DNA of 64,000 nt, taken from the NCBI RefSeq assembly GCF_009914755.1, contig NC_060935.1. The stretch is one strand, 5' to 3'. The notes under the pieces are model-generated. The model did no database searches and was not told the DNA's origin. It was given only the letters and a program-made list of their open reading frames with translations. Below, one piece after another: positions 33,540-46,779 of this stretch; position 1 is the first letter of the stretch; every line of letters starts with the position of its first letter. A program made the position numbers and the translations under genes. The DNA comes from the human T2T-CHM13v2.0 reference genome, Homo sapiens.

Positions 33540-34551
33540 TTACAATTTGGCATGTTTTTGCAGTGGCTGGTACTGGTTTTTCCTTTCCACGTTTAGTGCT
33601 TCCTTCAGGGGCTCGCCTGGTGGTGATAAAATCTCTCAGCATTTGCTTGTCTGTAAAGGATTTTATTTCTCCTTCACTTATGAAGCTTAGTTTGACTGGG
33701 TATGAAATTCTGGGTTGAAAATTCTTTTCTTTAAGAATGTTGAATATTGGCCCCCACTCTCTTCTGGCTTGTAGAGTTTCTGCCAAGAGATCTGCTGTTA
33801 GTCTGATGGGCTTCCCTTTGCGGGTAACCCGACCTTTCCCTCTGGCTGTCCTTAACATTTTTTCCTTCATTTCAGCTTTGATGAATCTGACAATTTTGTG
33901 TCTTGGAGTTGCTCTTCTCGAGGAGTATCTTTGTGGTGTTCTCTGTATTTCCTGAATTTGAATGTTGGCTTTCCTCGCTAGGTTGGGGAAGTTCTCCTGG
34001 ATAATATCCTGAAGAGTGTTTTCCAACTTGGTTCTGTTCTCCGCATTACTTTCAGGTACACCAATCAGATGTAGATTTGGTCTTTTCACATAGTCCCATA
34101 TTTCTTGGAGGCTTTGTTCGTTTCTTTTTACTCTTTTTTCTCTAAACTTCTCTTCTTGCTTCATTTCATTCATTTGATCTTCAATCACTCTTACCCTTTT
34201 TTCCAGTTGATCAAATCGGCTACTGAAGCTTGTGTGTGTGTCACATAGTTCTTGTGCCATGGTTTTCAGCTCCATCAGGTCATTTAAGGTCTTTTCTACA
34301 CTGGTTATTCTAGTTAGCCATTCGTCTAATCATTTTTCAAGGTTTTTAGCTTCTTTGCGATGGATTCGGACATCCTCCTTTAGCTCGGAGAAGTTTGTTA
34401 TTACCTATCGTCTGAAGCCTTCTTCTCTCAACTCGTCAAAGTCGTTCTCCGTCCAGCTTTCCTCTGTTGCTGGCGAGGATCTGCGTTTCTTTGGAGAAAA
34501 GGCACTCTGATTTTTAGAATTTTCAGCTTTTCTGCTCTGGTTTCTCCCCAT
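33540..34551 (-). pseudogene. Disrupted L1 ORF1
   Basis: ATG (MGRNQSRKAENSKNQS) at 34551; premature TAG near 34406; ~11-nt deletion near 33615; conserved YVKRPNL and ARREW motifs. Confidence 0.9.
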
Positions 34552-35033
34552 CTTTGTGGTTTTATCTACCTTTGGTCTTTGATGATGGTGACGTACAGAT
34601 GGGGTTTTGGTGTGGATGCCCTTTCTGTTTGTTAGTTTTCCTTCTAACAGACAGGACCCTCAGCTGCAGGTCTGTTGGAGTTTGTTGGAGGTCCACTCCA
34701 GACCCTGTTTGCCTGGGTATCACCAGCGGAGGCTGCAGAACCGCAAATATTGCAGAGGAGCAAATGTAGTTGCCTGATCGTTCCTCTGGAAGCTTTGTCT
34801 CAGAGGGGCACCCAGCCGTATGAAGTGTCAGTCGGCCCCTACTGGGAGGTGCTTACCAGTTAGGCTACTCGGGGGTCAGGGACCCACTTGAGGAGGCAGT
34901 CTTTCCATTCTCAGATCTCAAACTCCGTGCTGGGAGATCCATTACCCTCTTCAAAGCTCCGTTGGAAATGCGGAAATCACCCGTCTTCTGCGTCGCTCAC
35001 GCTGGGAGCTGTAGACTGGAGCTGTTCCTATTC

Positions 35034-35043
35034 GGCCATCTTG
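35034..35043 (-). promoter_or_regulatory. YY1 site of the L1 internal promoter
   Basis: CAAGATGGCC at the canonical position near the L1 5' end. Confidence 0.75.
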
Positions 35044-35598
35044 GAACCTCCCCTTTTCCTCCCTTTCTTGATTCTTTGTGGTAAAGCTCTATATTGTGCC
35101 ATTTTAGAAGCTGTATACTGTGCGCCTTGCACTCCAAAAGTGAATTCCACTTGTTCTGTGTAGCCAATGCTGAGCTGTAGTGAACCAACAGTAAGGCTGA
35201 CTGTAGGCAGCTTTTATCTACCAACACACTGTTGAAAAAAAATCGTAAGATTTTCTACAGTGCTGATAGAAATGTACTTGCCAAGCAGGCTGTTTCTTGT
35301 CCCCAGAAAGCTGAAATTTACATAATATACGAGTGACACATACCTGACACTTCCATAAGTCTATGACACCAGATTGGCTTGAGGTAAATTATTCTAAGAA
35401 GTGAAAAGTAAACCAGCTCCAGAAACTTTTGGGTTTTCTTTTTTTTTGAAGACCTGAAAGGTGTGGATGTATGACAGAATGGGAAATAGTGTAAGTATAA
35501 TTTGGTAGACAAGGAGACCTGGATGATGGAAGCTCCTGAGTTTACTTTGTGAATTTGATTTAGTTAGTGAAAATCCTTCACTTTCAGGCTTCAGTTTT

Positions 35599-35909
35599 TT
35601 TGTTTTGTTTTTTTTTGTTTTTTGAGATGGAGTCTTGCTCTGTCGCCCAGGCTGGGGTGCAGTGGCGCGATCTCGGCTCACCGCAAGCTCCGCCTCTCAG
35701 GTTCACGACATTCTCCCGCCTCAGCCTCCCGAGTATCTGGGACTACAGGTGCCCGCCACATGCCCGGCTAATTTTTGTTTTTTGTATTTTTAGTAGAGAG
35801 GGGGCTTCACCGTGTTAGCCAGGATGGTCTCGATTTCCTGACCTTGTGATCCGCCTGCCTCGGCCTTCCAAAGTGCTGGGATTACAGGTGTGAGCCACCG
35901 CGCCTGGCC
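35599..35909 (-). mobile_element. AluY
   Basis: AluY diagnostics; TSD TCAGGCTTCAGTTTT at 35584-35598 and 35910-35924. Confidence 0.95.
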
Positions 35910-35939
35910 TCAGGCTTCAGTTTTGTATTGATTAATAAG

Positions 35940-36335
35940 AGAAACATAGTGAAGTGGAAAGAGCACTACCCTAGAAGGAAAAAGAGCTGCTTATTCTTCT
36001 AAGTCCTCACTCTATAACCCTGGGCAAATTTCTGAAATATGGGCTTCAGTTGCCTCATCTATGAAGTGGGTTTAATAAAGCCTTACATGATAATAATAAT
36101 AATATAATAATTATATATTATAATATGCAGTTTTTACTAAACTAATACCATGTCTCAGCTACTACAATTCTTTGAGATGGGTACTATTATTATTGTTATC
36201 TCTGTTTTATAGAGGAGGAAGTGGATGCTCAGAAAGATTAAAATAGCTTCTTCAAGTTCACAAGCTGTTAAGTGACAGACTCAGGAATCAAGCCTCATCT
36301 GCAGTATTATAGAGTCCACTGTTCTCTACTGCCTC
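35940..36335. mobile_element. Two MIR fragments in opposite orientation
   Basis: cttcagttgcctcatctatgaagtggg (+); ttttatagaggaggaagtggatgctcaga (-). Confidence 0.6.
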
Positions 36336-37494
36336 CAAGCCACTTTACTGCTTAATGTTGCTAGAGGGCTAACCAGATCATATTTGGAGGTTTCTTCTAG
36401 CTATAATTTCTACTATTTTTGAATTCTCCCTTATGAACTATACTTTGCAAGCTTATCACACAGCCTTAGCTGGTGACCTCAGTTTACTGCCATTTAAATG
36501 TTTAATATGGCCTTTTGGGGGATGCAACTAGAGCTGACTATAAAGAGCAGGAAGCATGATTTTCAAAAATATGTTAACGGTATCCTTCCATCTTACAGTT
36601 TCGAGTTCACATCTTGAGACTTTCATATATTTAGCCGTGGGTGATTTACCTTTAAACAGTGATAAAAGTACTCCTTGAAATTGTATTTGGAAGGCTTCTC
36701 TTCTGATTTTCTTCTCTGGGTCTGCTTGCCCTCTCACCTATGCTGTCTGTCACTCCTTGGTTGTTGGTGTTTTCAAACAAGTCCATGACTGTTCCAGCAA
36801 ATCTGGATAAACTGTAAAACACAAGTGGCTGAACAGTACTTTGTGTATGTCTGCAAGACCATGAGCTCTGTAGATCATATTCCTCTGGACACTCTTGAAA
36901 GACGGATACTAAATCCCAGAGGATTTTCTTTTATGTTGTATGTAACCTCTACCTCTGAATGTTGTCCTTCAACCAGTGGAAGGTAAAAGAAATTAATATT
37001 TAGAGGTGCTACTCTAAGAATAGGCCAAATGTCAGCACTGGGTCAGGACCTCTGAAGAAATACATCCAAGAAAATGGGCGAGAGTAGCTCTAACTTAGAA
37101 ACCACAGCAGAGTGTGACCAGATTCTTGTGGTAAAGATAAAATGAGAAATGTGGCTTTTTGAGACATTGGAAAATAATGATGAGAGAAAAACAGGATGAA
37201 ATCTGAGAATTTGTATCAGAATTGGGAACCATTCTTCACAGGCTAAATTGATAGTTCCAACACTATGGCATCAGGGAGCTTGACTTCCACATACTAATAT
37301 AGAAAAGAATAATATTCTGTGGTCTTGGTTGGTGGGCCCAGGAGAGCTCGCTTTTATGATCAAGTGTCTTGTTTTCGTTTTTTAAAGGATGATTTTAGTT
37401 TTTTGGTGAAGTTTTTATGATGACTGTTTTGGTTGCAAGGGAAAGAAGTACACAGACTACCTTTGGTTTATTTTAAGGATACGTGAGAATATGC

Positions 37495-37940
37495 AGCATT
37501 CATTTGTGAATTATTCATTCACAAATTACTTTTGGGCACCTACTCTGTGCCTGTGTGTACTATGCAATGGGAATAGAGCAGTGAGCAAGACAAATAAGGT
37601 ACCTATCTTTATGAACCTAGTGTTTTAATGAGGGTAATAATCAATAAACAAGCAAACTGATGGGGATGAGAATAGCTAATAGTTAATAAGCACTGTGTGC
37701 TAGGCACTGTTCTAAGCATATAATATCCATTATTTTATTTAATCTTCACAGTTCTATATAAACAGGGTATTAGTATTATCCTCATTTTACTCATAAGGAA
37801 ATTCAGGCTATAAAAGTAACATTCTCATGGTTACATAGCTGGTAACTGTAACAAGACAAATAACAAGAAAACAGCCAGAGTAAGGTAATATATAGTATGG
37901 ACAGGGAAGTCCTCTTGGAAGAGATGACGATTGAGAGCTC
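37495..37940 (-). mobile_element. L2 3' end with nested MIR (~37670-37850)
   Basis: attcattcacaaattacttttgggcacctactctgtgcc; aagcactgtgtgctaggcactgttctaagc. Confidence 0.65.
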
Positions 37941-38378
37941 ATCCCATCAGAGAGCCAATAACTTAGCTCAGAGGGTGATGCACCTTTTCTTTGTCCACCT
38001 TGATTATCTAAGTAAGCTTCCTGTGTCCAAAAATGATCATTTGATTGATTTTATTTGTTGCTACTGAGAATGGAGTACCCTTACTAGGCAGTGTTCTTAG
38101 GACCCCCTCATGGGTAACTGGCCTCCCTCATGCTCTGCTCCTATTTAACCAGTGAAAGTAAATAAAATAATTCATCATCAAAAGTATTTGTGTTCTACAC
38201 TACATAGTATAAATATGGAGATGGAAATCTTTGTCAGTTTTTAGAAAAGGAGCATTAATAATTTCATTTTGATACATGTTAATCATCAGAATTAATTTTG
38301 ATTCAAATAAATCCATAAAATATGAACTTCATTAATTCATCCTTGGAGAAAAAAAGAGATTCCAATAGTGCATACCCG

Positions 38379-38456
38379 TTTTTTTTTTCTTTTTTCTTTT
38401 CTTTTACTTTAAGTTCTGGGATACATGTGTAGAACGTGCAGGTTTGTTACATAGGT
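38379..38456 (-). mobile_element. Ultra-short L1PA7/8-like 3' end
   Basis: T tail plus actttaagttctgggatacatgtgtagaacgtgcaggtttgttacataggt; TSD AATAGTGCATA at 38364-38374 and 38457-38467. Confidence 0.85.
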
Positions 38457-38703
38457 AATAGTGCATATTCCTAAATAACTTAAAACGTAACTCTAATGAA
38501 AACAATCCATGATTATAAAATATGTATCATTTCTTGTTATTTTTTTTTTCAGACAGGTGCTTTAAGCCCTATGAAAAGATGACCCACTTCTTTCCTACAT
38601 AATCTATAACAATCAGGGCATAAACATTCATTCTAAAGGTGACAGATTTTTTAAGGATCATTCACCATCTAGAGTTTAAATAATGTTGTTTGGGGTTCTT
38701 CTT

Positions 38704-38717
38704 GTGTCCATGGTAAC
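38704..38717. promoter_or_regulatory. Candidate RFX X-box
   Basis: GTGTCCATGGTAAC versus the X-box palindrome GTTGCCATGGCAAC; lies in sequence with no repeat I recognise. Confidence 0.35.
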
Positions 38718-39898
38718 AGAGGAGCAGGTGTGAGGCAACAAGAAGCACATCAGAACAAACCAAGACTTCGCTGATTTCCAGCTTGTAGCTCTGAATGAGA
38801 GATGGACTTGAGACTTCTTTGGGCCATTTCTGCTCATGTTTTCTCTACTTATTTACGTTAAATTGAGCCAAAATGTGGTGTGGTAAAGTAATGGTGACTA
38901 ATCCTATTATAGACTTCTTCAAAAGGGGTAATGCTTCCCCCTTTACCCACCCCCTCCCCTGACTTTTTTCCATAGTTCAGTTCTTAGCTGTTAAACATTG
39001 TAACAGAAAATTACCCGTTTCTCATTGTCAGCATCTGGTTTCCCACAGACTCAGATAATTGTCAGGAAGAGATTTGCCTTCAGTTAAAGCAACCCTATCC
39101 CCACTGTTACTAGGCCAGGCACCTCTGTTAGACCATCATAGAACCAAATCTATAGAGGATTCTTTCTGGCTCTTTTCTGTATTACTAGAGGTATGCTATA
39201 GCAAAAAGACTACAGGGAGCCATGGTGGTGAGTTAAGAGTCAAAATCTGTTTTGAAACTTAAAAATCCAGGGTCATTGAGGATGCAAGAAGTTGCCTGTT
39301 TTTGTAGAATCCATCTCACTTCTTCAGTCCCTTTGTATTATGGTTACAGGAAACTATCCAGCAGCACTTGACCTGGTAATGGAGGAAGCTATTTCACAGC
39401 CCACTGGTCCCTTGACTCGTTTAGAAGTCAGAGTCAAAGGTTACAGAAGTAATAATTGGGCCCAGATTCTCCCTGTCAGGAAAGACCTTGTTCCCCCCAC
39501 CCCACCCCCTGCCTTCTACAAGTTAAGAGAAACTTATCTGTTATAAAACCATTCAATAAGAGGAAATGAAGAAACACCATCCTTGGCTGAAGTGTTCTCA
39601 AGCCCCAATGATACTATTTCTGTTTTCATGGGAGCTGCTTTTGCAGCTAGCTAGTATAAAATTTAGGTCTGATTTTTTACATTAAAATATCTCCCCTTAG
39701 ATAAATAACTTGATTTATTTCAATCTATAAATAATATGAAGGATCTTTATTTGGTCCAAGCCCTGATATTCCTTCACACCACCACTCTGATAATTCCCTG
39801 AATACTTGTCTGGCAATCAAGTACACTCACACGAGTCTTAATTAACAAGTGTTATGCCATTAGCAATGTAAAGTCAGTCATCAAAAGTTAAGAAACTA

Positions 39899-40030
39899 GG
39901 CCAGATTATAGGCTCACACCTATAATCCCAGCACTTTGGGAAGCCAAGGTGGGAAAATCACTTGAGGCCAGGAGTTTGAGGCCATCCTGGGCAACACAAT
40001 GAGACCCCTGTCTCTACAAGAAGAATAAGA
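39899..40030 (+). mobile_element. FLAM / Alu left monomer
   Basis: Single monomer ending tctctacaagaagaataag. Confidence 0.8.
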
Positions 40031-40999
40031 AGTTTAAAAAGCTTTACTTCACCAGCAACAGAACAATTTAAAATTTTCAGTGCTTTTAATTTCTTCCATA
40101 ATTTGCTCAGAACTCTAGCAGATCAATCTGTGGTGCCATTGGCACAGGCTTGGCACTGGAGTAGGAAAGAATGACACAATTTGGCACCTTTAACCAGAAG
40201 ATCTTTAATGAGCTGGCGTGGGGGTGGAGGGGACAGAGAGGAAGGAAGGACAGTTAGGATTTTGGCAGTAACACAAAGGTTCTTCTTCCCTGAGAAAAGT
40301 GAAATGAAAGTCAAATGAAGCTTCACTCTGCTTTTAGAATTTGCTAAGATGTTTGTCTGTCTCTCAGCTCCCGGCCCCCTTGCAGGTGCATCATTATAGT
40401 CAGTGACTTCTCCAAAAAACAAATTGTCTCTCAGGATCCTTCAGGAGGGGTCATATCTAACCAATTTCTTGTCTGAGGACATAATTGTGATTCCCTTCTT
40501 CAACTATCAGATGCAATGCTACCAGCACTGCAGAAACTGTCTTATCAGAAAGTGGCACAAATGTGTACATTTCTTCTAGGTCACAGTTCTAGTATTGCTG
40601 AGTTCTGGGGCTGCAACAATAGATAATACTACAATGAGAGATGTTTGGGAAAAGCATTGTTTCCTGGGTGGCCGTAGAAGCAGACTTGAAATCATCCCTT
40701 TGTCATTAAATAATATCAACAACAAATGTCTTTGTTGATGTCATTGTATTGTAATTTTCTAGGTCTAGATTATTGCTAGGGATGATAATACCTATCTTCT
40801 AGGGTTGTTATGCAAATCACATGAAATTACACATGCAAGATGTCTGGCTATATATAATTCATCTTCATTGTGTGTTGTTCTCCTTAAGCTCCACTTTTCT
40901 GGGATTTTTGTATCTCTGTGGATCTGGATAGTCTTCCTTTTCTCTCTCTTTAAATGGCATCAGAGTTGAAGATCTTGAGGACTTTTTAGTCTCTCTTTT

Positions 41000-41348
41000 G
41001 TTTTTTGTTGTTGTTGTTGTTACTGGTTTGTTTTTGTTTTTGTTTTTTTGTTTTTGTTTTTTTTTTTTGAGATAGTGTCTCACTCTGTCACCCAGGCTGG
41101 AGTTGTAGCACAAACATGGCTCATTGCAGCCTTAACCTGGGCTCAAGCAATCCTCCTGCCTCAGCTTCCCATGTAGCCATGACCACAGGTGCGTGCCACC
41201 ATACCCAGCTAACTTTTTTTTTTCTTTTTTATAGAGACGGGTCTCATTTTATTGCTCAAACTGGTCTTGAACTCCTGGGCTCATGTTATGCTCCTGCCTC
41301 AGCCTCCCAAAATGCTAGAATTACAGGTGTGCGCCACTGTACCTGGCC
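41000..41348 (-). mobile_element. AluJ with long (TTG/TTTTTG)n tail
   Basis: ctgggctcaagcaatcctcc. Confidence 0.9.
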
Positions 41349-42189
41349 TCTCTTACTTTCTATAACACTTCTTTCTTGCCCTGTATTTTGTGTACGTTTT
41401 TGGAGACTAAAACATTCAATGATTGCCTGCATGACTCTTAACCACTTCACTCATCATTTAGTTCATTCACAGAATAGCCTAAGAAAGCTTTTCTATCTTT
41501 GTTTTCTTTGCATATGCCATTTTCTCACTTCCTGTCTTTACCCCCTTTCCTCTAGATACAGAATTTTAAAACTCAAGGTGTAGTGGGAGACTTGAGTCAG
41601 TCAACTCTATCCAACTTGTGTTGTTCCCACTCTTAGCTCTAGCAGTACAGTGATGGGCTCAGGGTAATGAAAAGCAGACTTTCTCTGCTGAGGTCATTGC
41701 TCCTCATGCTGGCAGCCTGCTCCAGGAAGCTGTTTATCTATGCTTGCAGAGCCAAGCTCCAGCCTCTGAACAGTTGGAATGTATTGAGAAACCACAGAGC
41801 CCAAAGAGAGAACATTACACAGGCAGTTCCAGGCAGGGAGAGTATATTTACACCAGACAAACTGCAGCTTACATGTGTGGGGATAATTGTTCATCTGCAC
41901 ACTCTCATACTTTACCTTCTATGCAATCTATATACCCTCTCAAGAAGGTTTAACCAGGAGAACTTGTACTGCTATGTCCAAATTACCCTGAACATCCCCT
42001 AAAATGTCATAAGGAAAAAGAGATACTACAGAAAATTGATGTAAAAACTTTTTAAGATAGTGGTTTTTTTGTTTTTCTGAGTCAAATTTTATGTTTAGAA
42101 TCTTAGACCATGTAAGCCTGATCACTAAAGCATTCAAAAACACTGTTTCTTGCATGGAAATGTTTTTCTTCATCCCTTTACAAAAATAT

Positions 42190-42885
42190 TAAGTATTGTT
42201 ATAGAGCTTCAAATGTGCTCTATATTAATAGGAATATAAGATATGGTCACTTCCCTGTAAGATGTAATCTGGTTAAAGAGGTAAAACTCATTGAATAACG
42301 AACAATTACAGAGCAATACAAGACCTTATATAATGGCATTAAGTTATATGGCCCAGTACACTGAGAATTGAGAGTAAGGAAAAATAATGGCTATTAGTTA
42401 AGTAAAATTAGTTGAGTCTTATAGAGGAGTTTGTCTTAATTTTGGAAAGGAAGGTAGAGTTTGGATAAACAAAACAGAAAGGAGACATATTTTGCAACAT
42501 GAAAGCACCATAACATAGTGGTTAAGAACATGGACTTTGGAATCAGATAGGTCTATGTTAGAGGGCCTGCCACTTTCTGGTATGAGATCTTGGGCAGATT
42601 GCTTACCTCATCTATAAAATAGGGAGACTCATATATAAAATATAAAATTCCATGTTACATAATTGTTGGAATGATTAAATGAGTTAATGAAAGTAAAGTG
42701 CTTGGCATTTCACTTAAGATACAATAAGTGTTGAATTAATTAGTAGCTACTGCTACTACTGTTGTTCACTCATTCATTCAATATATATTTATTGAGTGCC
42801 TACGTCTTAGCGTTCTAGATACTAGGGATATAGCAGTGAAAAAAACAGACCAGAAATTTCAACTCTTATGGAGCTTCCATTCTGA
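42190..42885. mobile_element. L2 fragments (-) flanking a MIR (+, ~42500-42760)
   Basis: agtggttaagaacatggactttggaatcaga; cattcattcaatatatatttattgagtgcctac. Confidence 0.65.
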
Positions 42886-43460
42886 AATTGTTTTCATTTT
42901 ACCTTTTTAGAATGTGTGTGAATAATTTTGGACTTACATAAAGTTTAAAAAAATCTATATATGGAGTTCCCACATCCATTTCATACAGCTTCTACTAATG
43001 TTAACATTTCCTGTATCCATAATATAACTGCCAAAATCAAGAACTTAACATTAATTCAAAACTATTAACTAATCTATACGTCTTATTTACATTTTCACCT
43101 CATTTTTGAAGGGCAGTTTTTTTCCTGAGATAAATTCTAGGTTGGCAGCTGTTTTACCATTCCATTATCTTTTGGTTTCTACTGACTTTGTTGAGAAGTT
43201 GCTCTCAGTTTTATTCTTGCTTCTTTGAAAATAATCTTTTTTTAAATCTCTGGATGGTTTTTGGATATTTCTACTTGGTCTTTGGTTTTTGATAGTTTTA
43301 GTGTAATGTGTCTAGTTTTGCTTTTCTTTATATTTAAACTATTCGGTGTTCTTAGTGCTTCTTGAACCTATAGCTTGATATCATTTATCAGTCCTGGAAA
43401 ACTCTCAATAATTAGCTCTTCAAATTTACTTCTGTTCTACTCTCTCTCTGTCTCTGTCTC

Positions 43461-43761
43461 TTTTTTTTTTTTGAGGCAGGATCTCTGTCTGTCACCCAGG
43501 TTGGAGTGCAGTGGTGCAGTCATGGCTCACTGCAGCCTCTACCTCCTGGGCTCAGGCAATCCTCTTGCCTCACTCAGCCTCCCAAGTGGCTGGGACCACA
43601 GTTGCACGCCACCACACTCAGCTAATTTTTTTTTTTTTTTTTTTAGAGATAGGGTCTTGCCATCTTGCCCAGACTGGTCTCAAACTCCTGGGCTCAAGTG
43701 ATCCTCCTGCCTCGCCCTCCCAAAGTGCTGGGATTACAGACATGAGCCAACACGACTGGCC
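43461..43761 (-). mobile_element. AluJ
   Basis: Antisense dimer with J diagnostics. Confidence 0.9.
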
Positions 43762-43871
43762 TCTACCCTCTCTTTACTCCTATTGGGATTCTAATTACAC
43801 AAACATTAGACCTTTTCATAGTATTCTCTGTCTCTTATGCTCTTTTTTGCATTTTCTATCATTTTGTGTGG

Positions 43872-44210
<339 letters not shown>

Positions 44211-44787
44211 TAGTTTATGCTTTATTCTGGATATTTTCTTCTGATCTATTTTCCAGGTCATTAATTCTCTCTTCATTTCTGTGTAATTTACTATTAAACC
44301 CATCTACTGAGTTCTTAATTCTAATTATTGTATTTTTTTAGTTCAAGTATTTTTATTCAGTTTTTGTTTGTTTCCTTGCTAAATCTTGTCTTTCATTTGC
44401 TTGAACATAGTAAATAAAGCATGGTTATTACAAAGTCCATAATTTATTGTCTGGATACCCTGTGGGTCTGTTTCTGTTTTCTGTCCTATCCATTTTTTTT
44501 TTACTCCATTATCTTATCTTGTGTTATACTTTTTTTTTTCTCTAGTTGAGTTATGTAAATTGTGTATGAGTTATGTAAATTGAAAAACTATACAGATAAT
44601 GTGAGGCCCAGAATGATGTTATCTTTCTTCGGAGGGGATTTATATTTGCTTTTGGCAGATGGCCTGGGCACTAGCAATCCTGGATTACCTCAATCCCATG
44701 AGGGTTTGAAAGGATTTGAATATAGATTTACATCTCAGGGAGGGCTGATTTTCAGTATAGCTCTGAGGAGTGCCAAAAGAGCTTTAG

Positions 44788-45134
<347 letters not shown>

Positions 45135-45368
45135 AACTCTGATTTTTTATCTGCAAGCCCTAACAGTCATTTGAAAACTCAGGAACTTAACATTAATTCA
45201 AAATTATTAACTGCTTAGTGTATCAGTTGAATCTTCCAGAACTGGCAGAGGCCCCTAGAGCTACCAGTGATATAATAATACCTTATTTCTGAAGTGGTGA
45301 TAAGTATAAATGATATTGTGAGATATCTGGTATGACAGTAATGTTATATGAAAATATCTGAGGTTTCT

Positions 45369-45510
45369 TTTTTTTTATTTTAAAGTTTTTTGTAAAGATT
45401 TGGTCTTGCTATATTGCCCAGGCTACTCTCAAACTCCAGTCCTCAAGTCATCCTCCTGCCTCAGCCTCCTAAAGTGCTGGGATTACAGGTGTGAACCACT
45501 GTGCCTAGCC
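45369..45510 (-). mobile_element. FLAM / Alu left monomer
   Basis: TSD AATATCTGAG(G/A)TTTCT at 45353-45368 and 45511-45526. Confidence 0.85.
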
Positions 45511-45637
45511 AATATCTGAGATTTCTATTATTGAAAGAGTCACAGGTACTGTTAATTCTGCTATGCTTATATTCATAATAGAAGGAAATGCCAAATTCCA
45601 GTTAGAGGTTAGTAAAAATAAACATAAAAATTTCCCT

Positions 45638-45911
45638 GGCTCATGCCTCCCAGCACTTTGGGAGGCTGAGCAAGCAGATCACAAGGTCAGGAGATCGAGA
45701 CCATCCTGGCTAACACGGTGAAACCCCGTCTCTACTAAAAATACAAAAAAATTAGCTGGGCGTAGTGGCAGGCTCCTGTAGTCCCAGCTTCTCAGGAGGC
45801 TGAGGCAGGAGAATGCCAGGAACCCAGGAGGTGGAACTTGCAGTGAGCCAAGATCACACCACTGCACTCCAGCCTGGGCAACAGAGCAAGACTCCATCTA
45901 AAAAAAAAAAA
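45638..45911 (+). mobile_element. AluY-like, short 5' truncation
   Basis: gagatcgagaccatcctggctaacacgg; flanking repeat AAAATTTCCCT. Confidence 0.9.
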
Positions 45912-46383
45912 AAAAATTTCCCTATCCAAGTGTGTGGATCTCTTGAATTTAATCCATGGACCCTTCTGTTTAGAAACCCTACACATTGGGAAAAGTGGCA
46001 CTAAATGCTCAGCTCACCTTTCTCGGTTTTATTCTCTCATAACTTGGCCTTGTCATTCTTCATTTGCCTTGGTGGCTCTCTGATGACTTCAGACAATTGT
46101 CTTTAATAATTTATCCATTTTTTTCTCAGCCAGAAGAGTTAGTCTGAATTACCTACTCTACTTTTATTGGAGGAAGAACTCTTTTAAAACTTGCATTCTG
46201 ATGGAACATATTAATAATTAGTTGAAGTAGAAAATATCATACACTGCAAGGGATCATAAAGGAATCTAATTTGACTCATGGAGGACTAGTACAAGGTAAA
46301 AAGCAACAAACAGAAAATATATAATGAGGATAGGGCCAGTTTGTGGAAGGCTCAATTATATTGAAATAAGTAGAAAGGTAAAA

Positions 46384-46700
<317 letters not shown>

Positions 46701-46779
46701 AGGAAGAGGAAGAAAGGCAAAGACAGTACCTCATAAATGCTGAGAAACTCATTGTTTGGTCTTCTTTCAATTTTTAAAA

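Larger units (their letters stand above)
45265..45980. mobile_element. Charlie4-like hAT fragment interrupted by FLAM and AluY
   Basis: cagttagaggttagtaaaaataaa...ttccctatccaag...atccatggaccc. Confidence 0.55.

Noticed and set aside
38530-38560. Acceptor-like T tract + CAG/ACAG
   Set aside because: The following sequence does not encode the expected next CSTPP1 residues (FNSVCQGTH...) and has no convincing nearby donor.
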